Assembly (NCBI GenBank): GCA_021149145.1
Contig: GCA_021149145.1_4322.1
Source of the DNA: a phage
Length of the DNA stretch: 34,803 bases
Direction: 5' to 3' (one strand)
In this document: positions 17,019 through 24,533 of the stretch, in pieces
Layout of the letters: the number at the start of each line of letters is the position of its first letter
Numbering within the stretch: the first letter of the stretch is position 1
Program-made: the position numbers and the translations under genes
Notes under the pieces: model-generated
What the model was told of the DNA's origin: nothing
The model's input: the letters and a program-made list of their open reading frames with translations, nothing else
Database searches by the model: none

Positions 17019-17360
17019 ATGTACCTGCTCGACCTGTATAATTTCTGCGAAGGATACAAGAACTTCAACCGCCAGCACCTGGCAAGATTCATCTATAAGC
17101 ACAAGGATTGCGCAAGGATGGCCAAGGCTGCCGGGGTTGATGAAAGGTATTTTGCCTCAAGTTGCTCGAAGGAGTTTATAGCGAGAATGCTTACGGCTGG
17201 GTATCTTGATGGGGTTAATGGAGTGTACTGGTGTAAGGGTTCAATTAAGCGACCATTTCAGTTTGAATTCATGAGCCTTGAAGGTAGGTCCAGTGATTAC
17301 GTCAGTGAGATGATGAACATAGCCAACATGAGTGATGACGAATTGTTTGCACAAAAATAG
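17019..17360 (+). CDS. Hypothetical protein (113 aa)
   Basis: ORF starting 4 nt after the ATPase stop; followed by terminator. Confidence 0.45.
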   Translation: MYLLDLYNFCEGYKNFNRQHLARFIYKHKDCARMAKAAGVDERYFASSCSKEFIARMLTAGYLDGVNGVYWCKGSIKRPFQFEFMSLEGRSSDYVSEMMNIANMSDDELFAQK

Positions 17361-17380
17361 CCCCATTACGGGGCTTTTTT
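17359..17380. terminator. Bidirectional rho-independent terminator
   Basis: GCCCC-ATTAC-GGGGC hairpin with T6 downstream and A-run upstream; between convergent 113-aa gene and spanin gene. Confidence 0.7.
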
Positions 17381-17752
17381 GTTTTTCCTGAATATCATTA
17401 AGAGCAGAATGATGATGACGCAAAACATGATTCCACTCCCAATCCACGGGATTGCAGACGAATCATTGTTGGTGATTTCAATCTTCTCAGCCGTGATTGT
17501 TGATGCCTTGATTGAGTTATCAGAAGTCTTTTTACCGCTTGAACTATCAAGAGTGTCAACCTTAGAGTTCTTCACTTCAGCCTTTGCGCTGGAACTTGAA
17601 TCAACCTTATTAGTTAGCCCTACTCCAACCTTGTTATTCTCCGCACCTGCTTGAGCGCTAATCTCTGGCTTACTACCAATCAACCCGGCCAGCGCAGATG
17701 TTGCCGAGCAACCAGAAAGCAGAATTACCGCAGCAATTAATACAGCCTTCAT
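17366..17752 (-). CDS. Unimolecular spanin (lipoprotein with C-terminal transmembrane domain)
   Basis: Signal peptide with lipobox LLSGC, Ser/Lys-rich periplasmic region, C-terminal TMD IPWIGSGIMFCVIIILLLMIF; last gene of lysis cassette. Confidence 0.65.
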   Translation of the reverse strand: MKAVLIAAVILLSGCSATSALAGLIGSKPEISAQAGAENNKVGVGLTNKVDSSSSAKAEVKNSKVDTLDSSSGKKTSDNSIKASTITAEKIEITNNDSSAIPWIGSGIMFCVIIILLLMIFRKNKKAP

Positions 17753-18234
17753 TTACCCACCCCACTTAAGCATAATTTAATCTCCTCGTTGCGCCTGTTA
17801 ACGAGGCCTTTAACAACTTTTAGCTTGCCATTTACTCGAGCTTTATTCCAGGAGGCGAGAGCATTACAACCCTCTTCAATCTTGCCCTGATTAATCAGCT
17901 TAACAGCTGTTGACTTCCTCATTGCAGAACCGCCAACGTTGTAGCTAAAGCTGATTAACGCAGCCCTTGTTTCTGCAGCAATTGGATATGTAACTGCATC
18001 CTGCACATACTTGCCATGAATCTGAATGTGCTTCTCCAGTAAGTTCCTGCACTCCCTTGCACTGTACTTTTTACCCCACACTACATCAGGACCAGTGATA
18101 CCTGAACAAACCGTAGGAATGCCTGAAATGTCCATGTAAGGCCTGTATTCCACACCTTCTACTAGCTCAATAATCGGCGCTGCGATGTATATTGCCACAG
18201 CCGTCGCTGCACTAATTAACAACTTCCGCTTCAT
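17749..18234 (-). CDS. SAR endolysin (lysozyme-like)
   Basis: N-terminal signal-anchor-release-like hydrophobic segment (LLISAATAVAIYIAAPI) followed by E-x8-D-x5-T-type catalytic spacing (ELVEGVEYRPYMDISGIPTVCSGIT). Confidence 0.7.
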   Translation of the reverse strand: MKRKLLISAATAVAIYIAAPIIELVEGVEYRPYMDISGIPTVCSGITGPDVVWGKKYSARECRNLLEKHIQIHGKYVQDAVTYPIAAETRAALISFSYNVGGSAMRKSTAVKLINQGKIEEGCNALASWNKARVNGKLKVVKGLVNRRNEEIKLCLSGVGK

Positions 18235-18449
18235 TGCTTACTCCTGATATTGATAGCTGTCTTTAAATCACCCGACTCTAGAGCCTTCCTGATTGCCTGA
18301 CTGTCCTTAAACCTCCAATATGCTTCCCACAGCCAGAAAACAACAAAAGCCACAGTGCTGATTATTGCTATAGTCATTTGACCAGTTGCGGCACCAGTTA
18401 CAGCGGCCCCGCAGGTTGATGCCGTGGCGGCGTTAATTACTTCCCTCAT
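18231..18449 (-). CDS. Putative holin (pinholin-like)
   Basis: Track ORF 18231..18497; likely start MREVINAATAS with AAAGGTGA RBS; hydrophobic helices; ATGA overlap with endolysin start. Confidence 0.5.
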   Translation of the reverse strand: MREVINAATASTCGAAVTGAATGQMTIAIISTVAFVVFWLWEAYWRFKDSQAIRKALESGDLKTAINIRSKQ

Positions 18450-18525
18450 GTGATCACCTTTAAATCCTAATTTGTCAATACATAGTGCAAATATCATATA
18501 TTAGCACTTTCTGAATTGTAAGCAC

Positions 18526-18549
18526 AAAAAAAGGGAGCCAAAGGCCCCC
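18526..18549 (-). terminator. Rho-independent terminator
   Basis: Minus strand GGGGGCC-TTT-GGCTCCC followed by T7; between the 57-aa gene and the lysis cassette. Confidence 0.65.
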
Positions 18550-18576
18550 TGCTTGCAAATCTATGTTTTGTATATT

Positions 18577-18750
18577 CTATTCTGCGATAATAAATTCCAC
18601 CAAAGAGCCATCAATTGGCGCCAGGATGTGAGTCATATCGTCTCCGTAAATCTTGTAGTAACCATCTCCAAGCGACTCTCCGCTATAAGGTTGGCTCTCG
18701 GTAAAAGGCAGTGTCTTGGAGTTGTTTTTAACGCAGTATAATTTAGTCAT
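18577..18750 (-). CDS. Hypothetical small protein (57 aa)
   Basis: Hand-translated MTKLYCVKNNSKTLPFTESQPYSGESLGDGYYKIYGDDMTHILAPIDGSLVEFIIAE; GAGGG RBS; motif promoter upstream. Confidence 0.4.
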   Translation of the reverse strand: MTKLYCVKNNSKTLPFTESQPYSGESLGDGYYKIYGDDMTHILAPIDGSLVEFIIAE

Positions 18751-18781
18751 TTTCGAACCCTCTGTTGTTTTCGATGTTGTG

Positions 18782-18826
18782 ATTATGCCGCATCTCTACG
18801 GCGATTGTTTAGCAATTCGTGCTATT
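18782..18826 (-). promoter_or_regulatory. Motif-type promoter (element + CATAAT)
   Basis: Minus strand AATAGCACGAATTGCTAAA, 22 nt, CATAAT, leader ...CATCGAAAACAACAGAGGG; element overlaps the kinase stop codon. Confidence 0.45.
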
Positions 18827-19363
18827 GATCACATCAATTACTATTTCTGTGGTTCTTTTAATATCACCTTCAATAACATCAATATCAATCTCCCTGGCGC
18901 AGACACCACTAAGATACGACCTACTATCTCCTTCGAAAGTGTATCCATGTCGATGAAGTCTAATTAATGTAACTTCAACACCTTCATCAATTAGTGGCTT
19001 AATCTCACTCGCGAACCCACCATCAGAACAAATGTAGCATCCATCACCAAGTGATTGCGCGAGCCTTTTACCAAAAACATCATCGCCAAAAACTGGCTTC
19101 ATCACTGATTCGCTAATCCAAATCATAAATTCACGAACAGTCATTCCACCAAGAAATTCGTGTGGTGATTCTTTGTACCCTCGGTCATCGTAATTATTAA
19201 TAAATCCATCAAACTCATCGCTTGATAGTATTCCTTTTGCAACATTAAACATTGGTGACTTGAATGAAACCTTATCCTTGCAAATTCCAAGATTAACAAT
19301 GATATCTGCAACTGTATCTTTTCCAGCACCAGGGGGTGCATTAATGATGATTAACTTTTTCAT
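18809..19363 (-). CDS. P-loop nucleotide kinase (dNMP-kinase-like)
   Basis: Track ORF 18809..19411; probable start MKKLIIINAPPGAGKDTVADIIV, which resembles the T4 gp1 dNMP kinase N-terminus as I recall it; AT-rich codons. Confidence 0.5.
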   Translation of the reverse strand: MKKLIIINAPPGAGKDTVADIIVNLGICKDKVSFKSPMFNVAKGILSSDEFDGFINNYDDRGYKESPHEFLGGMTVREFMIWISESVMKPVFGDDVFGKRLAQSLGDGCYICSDGGFASEIKPLIDEGVEVTLIRLHRHGYTFEGDSRSYLSGVCAREIDIDVIEGDIKRTTEIVIDVINSTNC

Positions 19364-19364
19364 T

Positions 19365-19827
19365 TTATTCTCTGTGAGATTCGCAGTCTTTTGGTAATTC
19401 TTTATATTCACAAACTGACATTACAGTATATCCGCAATTCCTTAGGTGACTGATAACATTAGGATTATCCTCAAAGATTATCACACTTGCTTTGTCACCA
19501 TTACACAAATCATTTAGCCACATCTCTTTAATGATATAGTCATTTCTGTTATCCAATCTACTCCTCATATATATTCCATCATAATTAATATTATTATACT
19601 GAAGCCATTCAAGCGTCATACATTCGACTTCGTCACTTCTTGAAGTCATGATGTAAACTGGCGATAACTCAGCTAACGCATTCATCATGTATTATAGGTG
19701 AATCTCCAGAACAGGCTCTATTGTAATCACCCCAACTTGAAGTCAAGTGAAGGTCACTAGATGGTAAGAGGTAGCTTCTATGTTCATTGTTAGCAATAGT
19801 TCCATCAATATCAAACACGTAAATCAT
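19365..19827 (-). pseudogene. HAD-family phosphatase split by a 1-nt frameshift
   Basis: GAGGAG RBS then ATG at 19827; MIYVFDIDGTIAN (HAD motif I) runs 52 codons to a TGA at 19669-19671; motif II-like IMTSRS and ...VIIFEDNPNV continue in another frame (19365..19688). Confidence 0.5.
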
Positions 19828-19902
19828 TACAACTCCTCATCTCGTTATCGTTTATTCATTTTGCCTCAATCCTTTGAGGCTTTATTAACAAAAAAGTGCT
19901 AC

Positions 19903-21036
19903 TTAGAACATCTCAGGGCGACAAATAAATCGACCAACCTCACCAAAACGCTTATGGTAAACGATTACCGCTGCTTGACGCATTGAGCGCCATCCTCCAT
20001 TAGCTGAGTAGGCATCTGGCGCGCCAAGCTGACCATGAACTTCATCGATACCCAGGTTTGTTTCTGTAATTTTCTGACTATGCCAGTGGCCCGAGTGTGT
20101 ATAGACATATTTGCTGTTACCGAATAGTTTACGAAAGTCTGTAGCCATTACTGTAAGTCGAGTTTCAGCTTTTCGCATCTGGTGACCATGAGTATAACCA
20201 ATCAATGTTGAGCCGAAGCTTGTCATCAGCATTGCTGCTGGGCTTACGTCGACAGTAACTCGCTCCTCGTCTTCATAGAATGCCGCCAATGCTGCACGCA
20301 ACCAAACCATCCCAGCTTCGTCGTGATTTCCACTTATTACTTTAATATCAATGATTTGGTGCTTCTCAAGCATCCTTGAAACCGCACGACGCACTGAGCG
20401 GATTGCTACGTAAACCAATTTAGCATAGCGACTGTCGCTGTCTAAGATATGTCCTGATGCTGGTGTTTTAGCCTCTAGAGAGTCGTAATGCAGAAAATCA
20501 CCCCCCAAAACTAATGTCGCATTTCTTGATTTAGGAGCCTTATCTACAGCATAATCAAAGAAGCCATTCATTACCTTCTCTGCTGTTGCAGTGTCGTAGT
20601 TTTCACCGCACTCATGCTTATGAGCCATTGCGCCAATGTGAAGGTCGAAAACAGGATACATAGCCATAGTGTCATCGTCAAAATCAATGTCTGGGCACTC
20701 GCTGGCAATTGCCTTTGGTAAATCAGAACAGAAGGCTTCACGCGCTTGCTCAAGCAGAATCTCAAGGCGTTCATTATCAACGCTTGTCTTAACCCACCGG
20801 ATTTTCTCATTCCCTTCCGCATCAATCATGGTAGAAGTGCCTTTTACCATGTATCCATCTGGCACTAGCTTCTTGATACCTTCATTACCATGCCCAACAC
20901 CACTCTTGGCTAACTTGCTGCGACGAAGCTCAACGTTGCGAATGTTCATGCCGTACTTCTCTGCAATTGCCTTGTTAGTCAGGCCATTCTTCAATTCTTC
21001 AGTTAACTGTTCATTTGTAATCTTTGCTACTGCCAT
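19903..21036 (-). CDS. Metallophosphoesterase (calcineurin-like) with N-terminal HTH-like region
   Basis: GDFLHYD, GNHDE and HGH motifs typical of calcineurin-like phosphoesterases; N-terminal LTNKAIAEKYGMNIRNVELRR resembles an HTH. Confidence 0.65.
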   Translation of the reverse strand: MAVAKITNEQLTEELKNGLTNKAIAEKYGMNIRNVELRRSKLAKSGVGHGNEGIKKLVPDGYMVKGTSTMIDAEGNEKIRWVKTSVDNERLEILLEQAREAFCSDLPKAIASECPDIDFDDDTMAMYPVFDLHIGAMAHKHECGENYDTATAEKVMNGFFDYAVDKAPKSRNATLVLGGDFLHYDSLEAKTPASGHILDSDSRYAKLVYVAIRSVRRAVSRMLEKHQIIDIKVISGNHDEAGMVWLRAALAAFYEDEERVTVDVSPAAMLMTSFGSTLIGYTHGHQMRKAETRLTVMATDFRKLFGNSKYVYTHSGHWHSQKITETNLGIDEVHGQLGAPDAYSANGGWRSMRQAAVIVYHKRFGEVGRFICRPEMF

Positions 21037-21117
21037 TTTTAAGTCCTTAGTTCATCACGATAAAATATAAGATAGTAAAGCTAAACAGTGGCACTAATGC
21101 TACTGGGGCGGCGTACT

Positions 21118-21369
21118 TCATACAACCTCTTTCAGCCAGTAATCAATTAAATCAGCACTAATTGCTAATTTTTGGTCCAGGTCTGTCATGCACAGATTAC
21201 CGCACGCTGGAGAGTAGTAAATCTGTACCCATTTACCGTCCTTCGTCTTCGCGTTAACATCCACATAGTCAGGTGGAAACCAGTCATCAATAGGTATCGC
21301 TCTAAACTTCTTCCCACTATCACTATGCACTAAATTATAATGCTCAGGCTGAAAATCTAATCCCAACAT
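21118..21369 (-). CDS. Hypothetical protein (83 aa)
   Basis: ORF; last of a chain of six coupled small genes. Confidence 0.45.
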   Translation of the reverse strand: MLGLDFQPEHYNLVHSDSGKKFRAIPIDDWFPPDYVDVNAKTKDGKWVQIYYSPACGNLCMTDLDQKLAISADLIDYWLKEVV

Positions 21370-21371
21370 AA

Positions 21372-21614
21372 CTAAACCTTCGTTATCTTAAATTTGAATC
21401 CCTTCTCTTTCAGGAACTCATTCGTGTTTATCGTGACGCCAGGTTTAACCCTGACATACTTGCGCGGCCTTTCATCCATGTACGTAAACTTACCGTTGAA
21501 GATGACACTGATATCTTTTATATCGAAGTACTTAGATATCATCTTAATGTCGTCCTGAATGCCAGCATCTGCGCAGTGGGCCCAGACTGCGGCCCGTCCT
21601 GTTTCAACTATCAT
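21372..21614 (-). CDS. Hypothetical protein (80 aa)
   Basis: ORF; ATGA overlap with upstream stop. Confidence 0.45.
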   Translation of the reverse strand: MIVETGRAAVWAHCADAGIQDDIKMISKYFDIKDISVIFNGKFTYMDERPRKYVRVKPGVTINTNEFLKEKGFKFKITKV

Positions 21615-21736
21615 AAGCCGTATGCCATTTTCAGGTATTCTTTAGCACACATCCATGACCATTCTGATTTATTCTTAACAGCATCAATAGCGTAAACCTG
21701 TGCAATATCGAGCATCTCTTTATCTACAATTTTCAT
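21611..21736 (-). CDS. Hypothetical small protein (41 aa)
   Basis: Hand-translated MKIVDKEMLDIAQVYAIDAVKNKSEWSWMCAKEYLKMAYGL; GAGGT RBS; overlapping stop/start on both sides. Confidence 0.35.
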   Translation of the reverse strand: MKIVDKEMLDIAQVYAIDAVKNKSEWSWMCAKEYLKMAYGL

Positions 21737-21903
21737 CAGTTCAATACCTCACATTCAAAACTAAAAACAATCATATCGTCATAATCAGTTAAGTAGAAAG
21801 CTGTGCCATCAAAGCTCTTCTCAGCCTCAAGCACGGTTTTACCGCCATTGCTTTTAATCCAGTTCGATAATGCCATCGTTGGGTTTGTTATTACGATTTT
21901 CAT
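21736..21903 (-). CDS. Hypothetical small protein (55 aa)
   Basis: Hand-translated MKIVITNPTMALSNWIKSNGGKTVLEAEKSFDGTAFYLTDYDDMIVFSFECEVLN; TAATG overlap with upstream stop. Confidence 0.35.
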   Translation of the reverse strand: MKIVITNPTMALSNWIKSNGGKTVLEAEKSFDGTAFYLTDYDDMIVFSFECEVLN

Positions 21904-22124
21904 TATTCAAAATCCCCCTTGCAATCTTTCTTCATCTCTGCAATATCTGCAACCATGCGGTCGCGCCACGTCTCGATATCAGTTCGCAAGTAATCTTCTT
22001 CAAAACTGTAATCAAGGCACCGGGCCAAATCCCAAACATCACCTTTATATCCAGCCTTGTGTAATTCCTGGGCCGCCATCGCCTGAAAGAGTTCCCATTG
22101 CTTGTCAAAAGTTAAAATTGCCAT
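21903..22124 (-). CDS. Hypothetical protein (73 aa)
   Basis: ORF in the coupled small-gene chain. Confidence 0.45.
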   Translation of the reverse strand: MAILTFDKQWELFQAMAAQELHKAGYKGDVWDLARCLDYSFEEDYLRTDIETWRDRMVADIAEMKKDCKGDFE

Positions 22125-22129
22125 TACTC

Positions 22130-22324
22130 CTATACCTCATCAAATTTTTCGCCGAATTCGTTTTTAACAGTTTCCAGATCATGTTTGTAAGTTGGGCTAA
22201 CTTCGAATGCATATGTGCAGTCTTCAATGTCAACCAAAACATAACCATCTTCAGTTACTTGCATCTCGTAGATGTAGCCAGTCTTGCGTGATTCGTAGAA
22301 TTTACCAGTATAGATAGTAGCCAT
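22130..22324 (-). CDS. Hypothetical protein (64 aa)
   Basis: First gene after motif promoter 22363-22407; GAGAGAAAGAAA-ATG leader. Confidence 0.45.
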   Translation of the reverse strand: MATIYTGKFYESRKTGYIYEMQVTEDGYVLVDIEDCTYAFEVSPTYKHDLETVKNEFGEKFDEV

Positions 22325-22362
22325 TTTCTTTCTCTCTTTGTGTGTTTCGTTTCGATGAGTTG

Positions 22363-22407
22363 ATAATACACCAACTCACCAGTTCGTCTTTGGAAATTCG
22401 TGCTATT
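22363..22407 (-). promoter_or_regulatory. Motif-type promoter (element + TATTAT)
   Basis: Minus strand AATAGCACGAATTTCCAAA, 22 nt, TATTAT, leader ...CTCATCGAAACGAAACACAC; the element's TAG is the VRR-NUC stop codon. Confidence 0.45.
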
Positions 22408-22822
22408 TTCTTATCATCTCTGCGAATGCCGCAAGAAAACCCTCTCTTCCATAAGCCACCGCTGCGAAACCGCCTGATTCACTTACGCTTTTTAGGAATG
22501 ACTTTTGCTCATTGCTAACTGGGCTTGCTTGCGTTTTACCAGCCCTCTTTAACTCTATGGCGCCAAATGGATAACCGCCACGCAATGACTCAGGTATCAG
22601 AAATAAGCAGTCTGACACACCTTTGAGAAGCCCCTTGGCTTGGTCTTTTCTTGCTTGACCAATGCTCTTTTTATTTTCGTTAATCGTGTGCCAGTAAACA
22701 ATCTGCGGATAGTTGTATTTCACCCAATCAGAGCAGAAGATTTGTTCATCGTCTTCCTTTGGGCATGACTTCACCGGTCCGCCATAGAACTCGAGGTAAT
22801 CACCTTTGTCTGTGATTTTCAT
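22403..22822 (-). CDS. VRR-NUC domain nuclease
   Basis: 139 aa; ...DCLFLIPESLRGGYPFGAIELKRAGKTQASPVSNEQKSFL... matches the VRR-NUC pattern (D...E-x-K, GG, S..Q) as I recall it. Confidence 0.55.
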   Translation of the reverse strand: MKITDKGDYLEFYGGPVKSCPKEDDEQIFCSDWVKYNYPQIVYWHTINENKKSIGQARKDQAKGLLKGVSDCLFLIPESLRGGYPFGAIELKRAGKTQASPVSNEQKSFLKSVSESGGFAAVAYGREGFLAAFAEMIRK

Positions 22823-22823
22823 A

Positions 22824-24533
22824 TCAATCCTCCATCGTAAATGATTTGTTGGCGATAATATCTTGAGACTTCTGGTTTTTACGGTGTGTGATTCTCAATG
22901 GGGCACGGAATAGATGTGCATTTGTCATAATCATTCTAGCATTACGCAATCTGCCAATTCTGAATGCCTCATTCCTGTTATCGATGTGTGTTGAGCAGAA
23001 AGCCTTCCATTTAACAGAGCAAACGCGATGGTCTGATTCAGGGAAGAATGTTTCATAAGCTCGGAATCTGTCACCACTGTGAGCCATAACCTCATATGAA
23101 GCAATAATCCCTGACTGGTTCTTTGTTAACCCAATCTTGAAGTCATAAACTCGCAACCAGTCCCCCTTACGATACATTTTTCCTGATAACTTAGCATTCG
23201 GGTCTATGAGCATCTCACCACAGCATCTGCAATTCTTAGCTGCAATATCATTCTTCTCACCGCATCCTTTCTTGATGATAGCTTTGGTCTGTGGGTCCGC
23301 CATATCTTCACACAGTATAAACTGAAAGAAGTGCTCGCAACGCTTACCGTCAATTACATTATTACAACGCCGTGCGAACGGAGAGTTCTCATAAGAACAT
23401 GCCGGGCATACCCTAGGTTCATCACCTCCTTTCCTTGATGACTTAAACTTCTGGTCCTGAACTTCTTCTATAATTGGGTCAAAGTAAAGCTCTGCCATAT
23501 CGTCAAGCGTTCCGGCGAAATCGAGAACAACATGGTCTTCTTTTACCATCCCTGAATCCTTGTGTTTTTTCTTAAGAATTCGCATACCACGACCAAGCAA
23601 CTGAATGAGTAGAGTAATGCTACCAACCTTCCTCAGGATAATGCTTGTATCCCACGGGGGGCAGTTTACGCCAGTTGTGAGGCAACCAATCTGAAATATG
23701 AACTTATATTCTCCGTTGGCTGCCTTCTCAAGTATCTCTCTACGCTTCTTCTCACCAGTGGAGTTGGTAACTATCGCCCAAGTAACACCTTCTGGAAGTG
23801 CGGCTGCCGCCTCCTCGCAATGCCGTTTGCCAGCGCAAGTTACCAATGCAGCATTCCTTGTTTCCATAAACTTAGCAGCAAATCTCATTATCTTTTGTGT
23901 CATCGTTTGGTTTTCGTGAATCTTTGCAGCCATCGCATCCATTTCTTTCTTGCTGAAGTCCTTAACCCCATCACTTCCATCAGGAGTGAACTCACTAAGG
24001 TCGTAGCCCAAATCACCAACTTCACCGTAGACAGTAGGAACAACGAACCCCAAGTCAACAAGGTAGCTGGTTGGCACTTGCATTACAGTTTTGCGCCAGA
24101 ATCCACGGACATTTGGGTTACTAACTACAATGTGGTCGTTGTTACGGTACGGGCTACCAGTTAACCCAAAGATACGAAGTTCGCGACCGTACTTCTCCCT
24201 GCATCGACGCTTCATTTCGGTAATGATTAACGTGTATTGCGCGCGACCAGTGCCAAGAAGCCCGGTATTCACACCATCCTTAAAGACCATCTCACCATTC
24301 TTCGTGCTCATCTGCTCGAATGTTTCCTCATTCTCTTCAGCTTCTACGATATCCATATGGTCCACCATGTGGCAATTATGTGCCACGACCCCGTCAGCAA
24401 TGAAATTATGGTGCTCAGGCATCTCTATATCCCAAACAAGTTCCTTGCCAATTGGTGAGATGTCTTTAATTTTGCTTGATTTTGTATTCCACGCCATTTT
24501 CCATGTGCTTACTAATTCTCTTAAAAAACTCAT
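22824..24533 (-). CDS. Helicase, C-terminal part: 53-aa intein C-terminal segment (blocks F/G) fused to C-extein
   Basis: Starts with ATG right after an in-frame stop; ...ELVWDIEMPEHHNFIADGVVAHN|CHMVDHMD...; C-extein carries helicase motif VI-like QLLGRGMR and a C-terminal Cys cluster. Confidence 0.7.
   Translation of the reverse strand: MSFLRELVSTWKMAWNTKSSKIKDISPIGKELVWDIEMPEHHNFIADGVVAHNCHMVDHMDIVEAEENEETFEQMSTKNGEMVFKDGVNTGLLGTGRAQYTLIITEMKRRCREKYGRELRIFGLTGSPYRNNDHIVVSNPNVRGFWRKTVMQVPTSYLVDLGFVVPTVYGEVGDLGYDLSEFTPDGSDGVKDFSKKEMDAMAAKIHENQTMTQKIMRFAAKFMETRNAALVTCAGKRHCEEAAAALPEGVTWAIVTNSTGEKKRREILEKAANGEYKFIFQIGCLTTGVNCPPWDTSIILRKVGSITLLIQLLGRGMRILKKKHKDSGMVKEDHVVLDFAGTLDDMAELYFDPIIEEVQDQKFKSSRKGGDEPRVCPACSYENSPFARRCNNVIDGKRCEHFFQFILCEDMADPQTKAIIKKGCGEKNDIAAKNCRCCGEMLIDPNAKLSGKMYRKGDWLRVYDFKIGLTKNQSGIIASYEVMAHSGDRFRAYETFFPESDHRVCSVKWKAFCSTHIDNRNEAFRIGRLRNARMIMTNAHLFRAPLRITHRKNQKSQDIIANKSFTMED

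Noticed and set aside
18450-18525. Dedicated promoter for the lysis cassette (perfect TTGACA at ~18472 on the minus strand)
   Set aside because: No acceptable -10 hexamer 16-18 nt downstream; left unassigned.
20571-21070. ORFs 20571..20825 (-) and 20669..21070 (+) overlapping the metallophosphoesterase
   Set aside because: Out-of-frame or antisense overlaps of a gene with clear catalytic motifs.
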